DNA of 21,883 bases from Theionarchaea archaeon (GTDB lineage Archaea; Methanobacteriota_B; Thermococci; Methanofastidiosales; SZ-28-30): the NCBI GenBank assembly GCA_018992685.1, contig JACVGT010000045.1, positions 1 through 21,883 on the forward strand, in the 5' to 3' direction. The notes beneath the pieces are model-generated. The model did no database searches. It had not been told where the DNA came from and saw only the letters and a list, made by a program, of their open reading frames with translations. The stretch's first letter is position 1, and the number at the start of each line of letters is the position of its first letter. Of the stretch, positions 18,011 to 21,883 are shown in pieces. The position numbers and the translations under genes were made by a program.

Positions 18011-18290
18011 CAAGGACCCCAGATAGCTGCCTTTCACAGCAGGATCAGTGCCAGAAAAGGTAGGAAGAAGGCTAGTGGCTGTTGCTAGAAAACTCTCAGT
18101 GTTCATCTATCACATGCTGAAGAGAAGGGAGAGGTACAACTACTTCAACCCCGCAACTTATGTGCGAAAGTTTAAAAGGTTCCATCGCTTGGCAGGAGCA
18201 ACCCCCAACCGACTGCGGATGGCCACGGCCAAGTCGGCTGTGGTCTCCTCATCAATACCATTCCCTGAAAAGGCCATACAGTCCTGCTGA
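18011..18290 (+). mobile_element. IS110-family transposase C-terminal remnant (frameshifted pseudogene) plus 3' flank
   Basis: PQIAAFHSRISARKGRKKA, a frameshift near 18072, then LVAVARKLSVFIYHMLKRRERY. This matches the KKA-xVAVARKL-xxIYxML C-terminal motif of IS110 recombinases. No N-terminal DEDD domain is visible. Confidence 0.7.
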
Positions 18291-18335
18291 TAAAGACTGA
18301 GGAGGAACGTCAGTAGGAGAATTTAAACTGGAATC

Positions 18336-18476
18336 AATATTACTCAACTCGTGAATAGATGGAGAGATACCAGTTCTTCATGGCATACTGATACTCAATC
18401 TTATTGCTATGATGGACTAGATCGCCTGACCTCTGCTAATTGTAACTCCTGGTCCCATAACCACTCGTATGACAAA
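18336..18476 (+). pseudogene. RHS/YD-repeat protein internal fragment
   Basis: NITQLVNRWRDTSSSWHTDTQSYCYDGLDRLTSANCNSWSHNHSYDK has the NIT...YxYDxLDRLTSA...SYD pattern of YD repeats. No full gene surrounds it. Confidence 0.75.
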
Positions 18477-18546
18477 ACACTTGGGATGTGCGAGGACAGA
18501 TTCCGGTCGATACCGGTGACCATATTCCACAAATAGCAATATTAAT

Positions 18547-20028
18547 ATGATTGAGGGAAGGACAATCATCATGAGAAGGAACTTCGTAATCCTAACAGGG
18601 ATTTTGTCGGTGATTACTTTCAGTTTATTTATCTACTTGGAATCATCTACAAATATCGCACCAGGCTGGAGCGATCCCATCAAGATCCAAGAGAGAGGGT
18701 TCGAGCCTAAACTAGCATATCATAACGGGGAACTGTGGCTTGCTTTCCATGAACCTTCAGGGGGTACAGGCAGACTGATCAAAACCACTCATTCTTTTGA
18801 TGGCGTGGAATGGTCATCTCCTTTTCCCCTGGTGAAACGATCTCCCCAGGACTGTTCCCGTCCCAATATCGTTCAGTGGCTGGAAAGACCTGATGGCACC
18901 CTATGGTTCCTATGGAGTGGAGGAACCAAAGAGGAAGAGTGTCCAGAAGTGCTGTACTGTGCTTTCCCTCTCAGTGATACAGAGTGGTCCAGCCCTCAAG
19001 AAATTCATCGTCTTGACCGGGATTATTTCATTCATATGGCTGAGAATACTCCTGATGGTGGGCTTGCGATTCTCGGAGAGCGGGAAAAGACAGGGTATGT
19101 CATGATCGAGGGAGAAAGAGTGCCAGTCACTCTGGGGTTTGAATGTTTTGTTCAGTCTTCAGATGAGCCTTCTGTATGGAGTCCTCCTTTTGTGCTCTCT
19201 GACGCAATGATTACAGACTGCATTGATATTTTTCTGGATATGAAAGGGGTGCTATATGTTGTATATACTGAACGAGGAGACATAGATCTGGCCCTGATCC
19301 GAACTTCTGAGGATGGAGTCACCTGGGGGGAACCTATAGAAATTCTGGATGAACCAGTAGGTGAGGGACAGGTTCTCCAACAAGGCCCGGATGAATTTGT
19401 GTTCTTCTTCACGGGAAAATCCCGATCAATTGTCATGATGCGTTCCTCTGATGGTCTCCAGTGGGGTGAGCGCAGTCTGGTTTTTAAATGGGATTCATAT
19501 CCCGATTTTGATGTAGCAAAATCAGATGATGGTATTTTCTGGATTGTATTTGAGGGTGAAGAGGGCCTGTATATCATGCACTACTCAGATCAGGACTATT
19601 ATGAGGACATACCATGGATGAAGACTAATACATGGAAGCACGGGTTAATTTCTGTTGGCGCTGCTCTCTTTGTTGGTGCCGTGGTGGTTGGTTTAGGAAT
19701 TCTCAAAGATTTTCTCCATCTGTCTGAACGCTTTTTTTTTCAATGGCTGTATACACACGTATCAAAGATGAAGAGAAGAGAGTTCAGCAAAAGAGAACGC
19801 AGGGTGATCGGAGGAGCAGTCCTTGTGACTGGTATATTGGCCTTCTCTGTTGCGTTCATCTTTCTGGGAACGTGTACAGCGTGGCTCGTAATTGCGATGT
19901 TCTCCACTCTTCTCGTGATCCTCATCTATCTATACAAAAAGGAAGGAAAGTACTACTGGTATCTTATTTATTGGATCTGCTATACTGTGCTAATGTGGGC
20001 AATTGCATCATCTCAATGCACAGAATAG
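18547..20028 (+). CDS. Asp-box (BNR/sialidase-like) beta-propeller protein with N-terminal TM and several C-terminal TMs
   Basis: HSFDGVEWS, TSEDGVTWG, SSDGLQWG and repeated WSxP turns. Start could be ATG18571. Confidence 0.75.
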   Translation: MIEGRTIIMRRNFVILTGILSVITFSLFIYLESSTNIAPGWSDPIKIQERGFEPKLAYHNGELWLAFHEPSGGTGRLIKTTHSFDGVEWSSPFPLVKRSPQDCSRPNIVQWLERPDGTLWFLWSGGTKEEECPEVLYCAFPLSDTEWSSPQEIHRLDRDYFIHMAENTPDGGLAILGEREKTGYVMIEGERVPVTLGFECFVQSSDEPSVWSPPFVLSDAMITDCIDIFLDMKGVLYVVYTERGDIDLALIRTSEDGVTWGEPIEILDEPVGEGQVLQQGPDEFVFFFTGKSRSIVMMRSSDGLQWGERSLVFKWDSYPDFDVAKSDDGIFWIVFEGEEGLYIMHYSDQDYYEDIPWMKTNTWKHGLISVGAALFVGAVVVGLGILKDFLHLSERFFFQWLYTHVSKMKRREFSKRERRVIGGAVLVTGILAFSVAFIFLGTCTAWLVIAMFSTLLVILIYLYKKEGKYYWYLIYWICYTVLMWAIASSQCTE

Positions 20029-20310
20029 GTCTGCTATCTGTCGAGTAGGTGAGAGACGATTTCAGTGGTTGATTATGAAATATCTATATAGTCGATGCTT
20101 CATAAAGACCATGTCTGCCACTCGGGAGGTATGCTGTGGACAACATACATTCATGGTGGCTAATGGTACCGACTCGTATCAGGACGAGCGAAAGAAATAA
20201 ATATGTTGGAAAACTATCTTTTCTCATTCGCTTGGCAGCGTGGACTGATCTCCCAAAACCCACACCTCCACCAGTAGTATGAACAAGAGGGTAGGGATGG
20301 AGTGATTCAA

Positions 20311-21510
20311 ATGGTAGGTATCTCGAAGAAAAGGATGATGATAGTACTCATATGCTTTGCATTAGCGTCCTCTGCAGTATTCCTTTCCCTAGGACTCAAT
20401 GAATCCTTCAAGATGTCAAGGGAATCATTGGCACACTCAGACTACTTCCAGTGTTGCGAGACCAATCCTCGTTTCAGCGCTTGGTACATTGTTCAAGCAG
20501 GAGACATGAAGTACGCTGCAGATAGAAAAGATAGTCTCGTGCGGATTTGGAGGTCCAAAGATGGCTGTACATGGACAGAAATTGAGCCTCCCCGCTTTCA
20601 AGATTTCCAGTTATTATCCCTGCAACTCTGTGAGACGGAGCAGGGCCAACTGGGAGTCATCTGGCAGGAAACGCATGATGAAGAGGAAGGAGAATCGAGA
20701 ACAACTTTCTTCTGCAGCGTCTTTGCTGATGAAACTTGGTCAGAACCCAGGGTTCTCTTTAACAGAAACGAGTACTGCGCAATCGAGGATGTCACTGTTC
20801 TGGAAGATGGTAGTATCCTTATCATCTGGGATGAGGCTCATTTCATCACTTATGAGGTTGGAGATCGTACAGTGAGGGGGTCAGGATGCACTATTGTGTA
20901 TAGAGCTTATGTGAATAAGAGTGATGTGATTAACAAGAATGATGTGACTATTGAACAGGTGATGGAGCCTGAAAGTGAGAAATATTGCAGAATGAGTGCA
21001 GTATCATTGGTTAAGAATGGACAACGCATCTGGTGTGTATTCAGATATGGGGATTGGAGCTCTGACTCTCTCTACAGGTCGTGGTCTGCAGACGGGAAAA
21101 CGTGGAGCACCCCAGAGCAATTTGAGATCCCTGGTGTTAATGTCGAAGAGGTGTTCTTTTTACCTGATGGCACCATATGTGCTATTGGGAGGAAAGAAGA
21201 AGACTTCTGGACGCGTCCTGCGACCCACTACTTCTTGTGTTATTCTCAAGATTGGAAGCAGTGGAATAGGCAAGAACTCTTCTCGTTTGACAGATCTCCG
21301 GTATCCGTAATGCTGACTGAACATGAATCAAGGATATGGGGATTTGCCACCGGATTCGGCGGGTTCTCCCTAAGAATTCCTGATCATCCACATACACTAA
21401 CATCGGGAAGCGATTACCTGCGTAGGCTGTACCTTGCTACAGGATTCTTGTCCCTGTGCCTTGCTTTTCTACTCTCACTGCACTGGCTCGGTTCGAAGGA
21501 AGGAAAGTAG
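20311..21510 (+). CDS. Asp-box (BNR/sialidase-like) beta-propeller protein with N- and C-terminal TM helices
   Basis: RSKDGCTW, SADGKTWSTP, SQDWKQW. Shares YC, G(S/T)GC and RIWCVF with 14236..15390. Start ATG20311 after GGAGTGA. Confidence 0.75.
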   Translation: MVGISKKRMMIVLICFALASSAVFLSLGLNESFKMSRESLAHSDYFQCCETNPRFSAWYIVQAGDMKYAADRKDSLVRIWRSKDGCTWTEIEPPRFQDFQLLSLQLCETEQGQLGVIWQETHDEEEGESRTTFFCSVFADETWSEPRVLFNRNEYCAIEDVTVLEDGSILIIWDEAHFITYEVGDRTVRGSGCTIVYRAYVNKSDVINKNDVTIEQVMEPESEKYCRMSAVSLVKNGQRIWCVFRYGDWSSDSLYRSWSADGKTWSTPEQFEIPGVNVEEVFFLPDGTICAIGRKEEDFWTRPATHYFLCYSQDWKQWNRQELFSFDRSPVSVMLTEHESRIWGFATGFGGFSLRIPDHPHTLTSGSDYLRRLYLATGFLSLCLAFLLSLHWLGSKEGK

Positions 21511-21883
21511 TCTCCTCTGGAGAAGGGAGATGGGATCGATCTTCGTTCTCGTTCTGTTGTATTTAGGGCTTAAACCGAAATATTCATATACGGGGAAAAA
21601 AAATCAGAGGTGGCGTGGAACCGTATGAACAAAGAAGGAGTATCTTCCTTCTTTCATTTTCCATGCAAGAATCTAAATATTCCCATTGGGAGGTAGAGCA
21701 ATGAAGTATATAATAGTCAAGGGATGGCACGAGTATAATAGTCTGCAAGAAAGATCAGAGGAGGAGGAATCTTCTCCTGGTGCATCATCGAGATATTGGA
21801 AAGTTGGGAGTTGAATGACATATGAGAGAAGAAATCCTAAGAATCCTGACACAGAATACGGGAGATCTCCCAAAAAGAAGGCG

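Noticed and set aside
20003-20200. 65-aa ORF in the spacer between two Asp-box genes
   Set aside because: It overlaps the upstream gene end and has no SD and no recognisable motif.
21673-21883. Short ORFs at the right edge (minus 66 aa; plus MKYIIVKG... at 21701; MREEILRIL... at 21822, faintly like the DAFL-family N-terminus)
   Set aside because: Too short or truncated, and the similarity requires frameshifts. Flanking sequence is needed.

Overview
Archaeal DNA, judged from TATA-box promoters, GGTGA-type Shine-Dalgarno (SD) sites and apparently leaderless genes. The abundance of membrane-anchored PQQ-like and Asp-box propellers and an RHS remnant is reminiscent of Theionarchaea-like Euryarchaeota (inference only). 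The left part (0.5-12.8 kb) holds a UPF0182 membrane protein, an MFS-methyltransferase fusion, a PadR regulator with a palindromic operator and a BtrH/DUF4872-like Cys peptidase, a cysteine synthase, and copA. copA is divergent from a putative metal-response module: membrane-tethered wHTH, 10-bp phased repeats, a secreted DxDxDG/Cys repeat protein and a SHOCT protein. The right part (13.4-21.9 kb) is a co-oriented accessory array of orphan membrane/surface genes: three Asp-box propeller paralogs, a PQQ-like propeller and a small unknown protein family with a degraded second copy at 271. It also contains an IS110-family remnant with a structured 3' non-coding end and an RHS/YD-repeat remnant. 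The most unusual direct observations are two genes whose best SD-positioned start codons are non-canonical (ACG at 6934, ATC at 11960). All calls come from motif recognition by eye; no searches were run.
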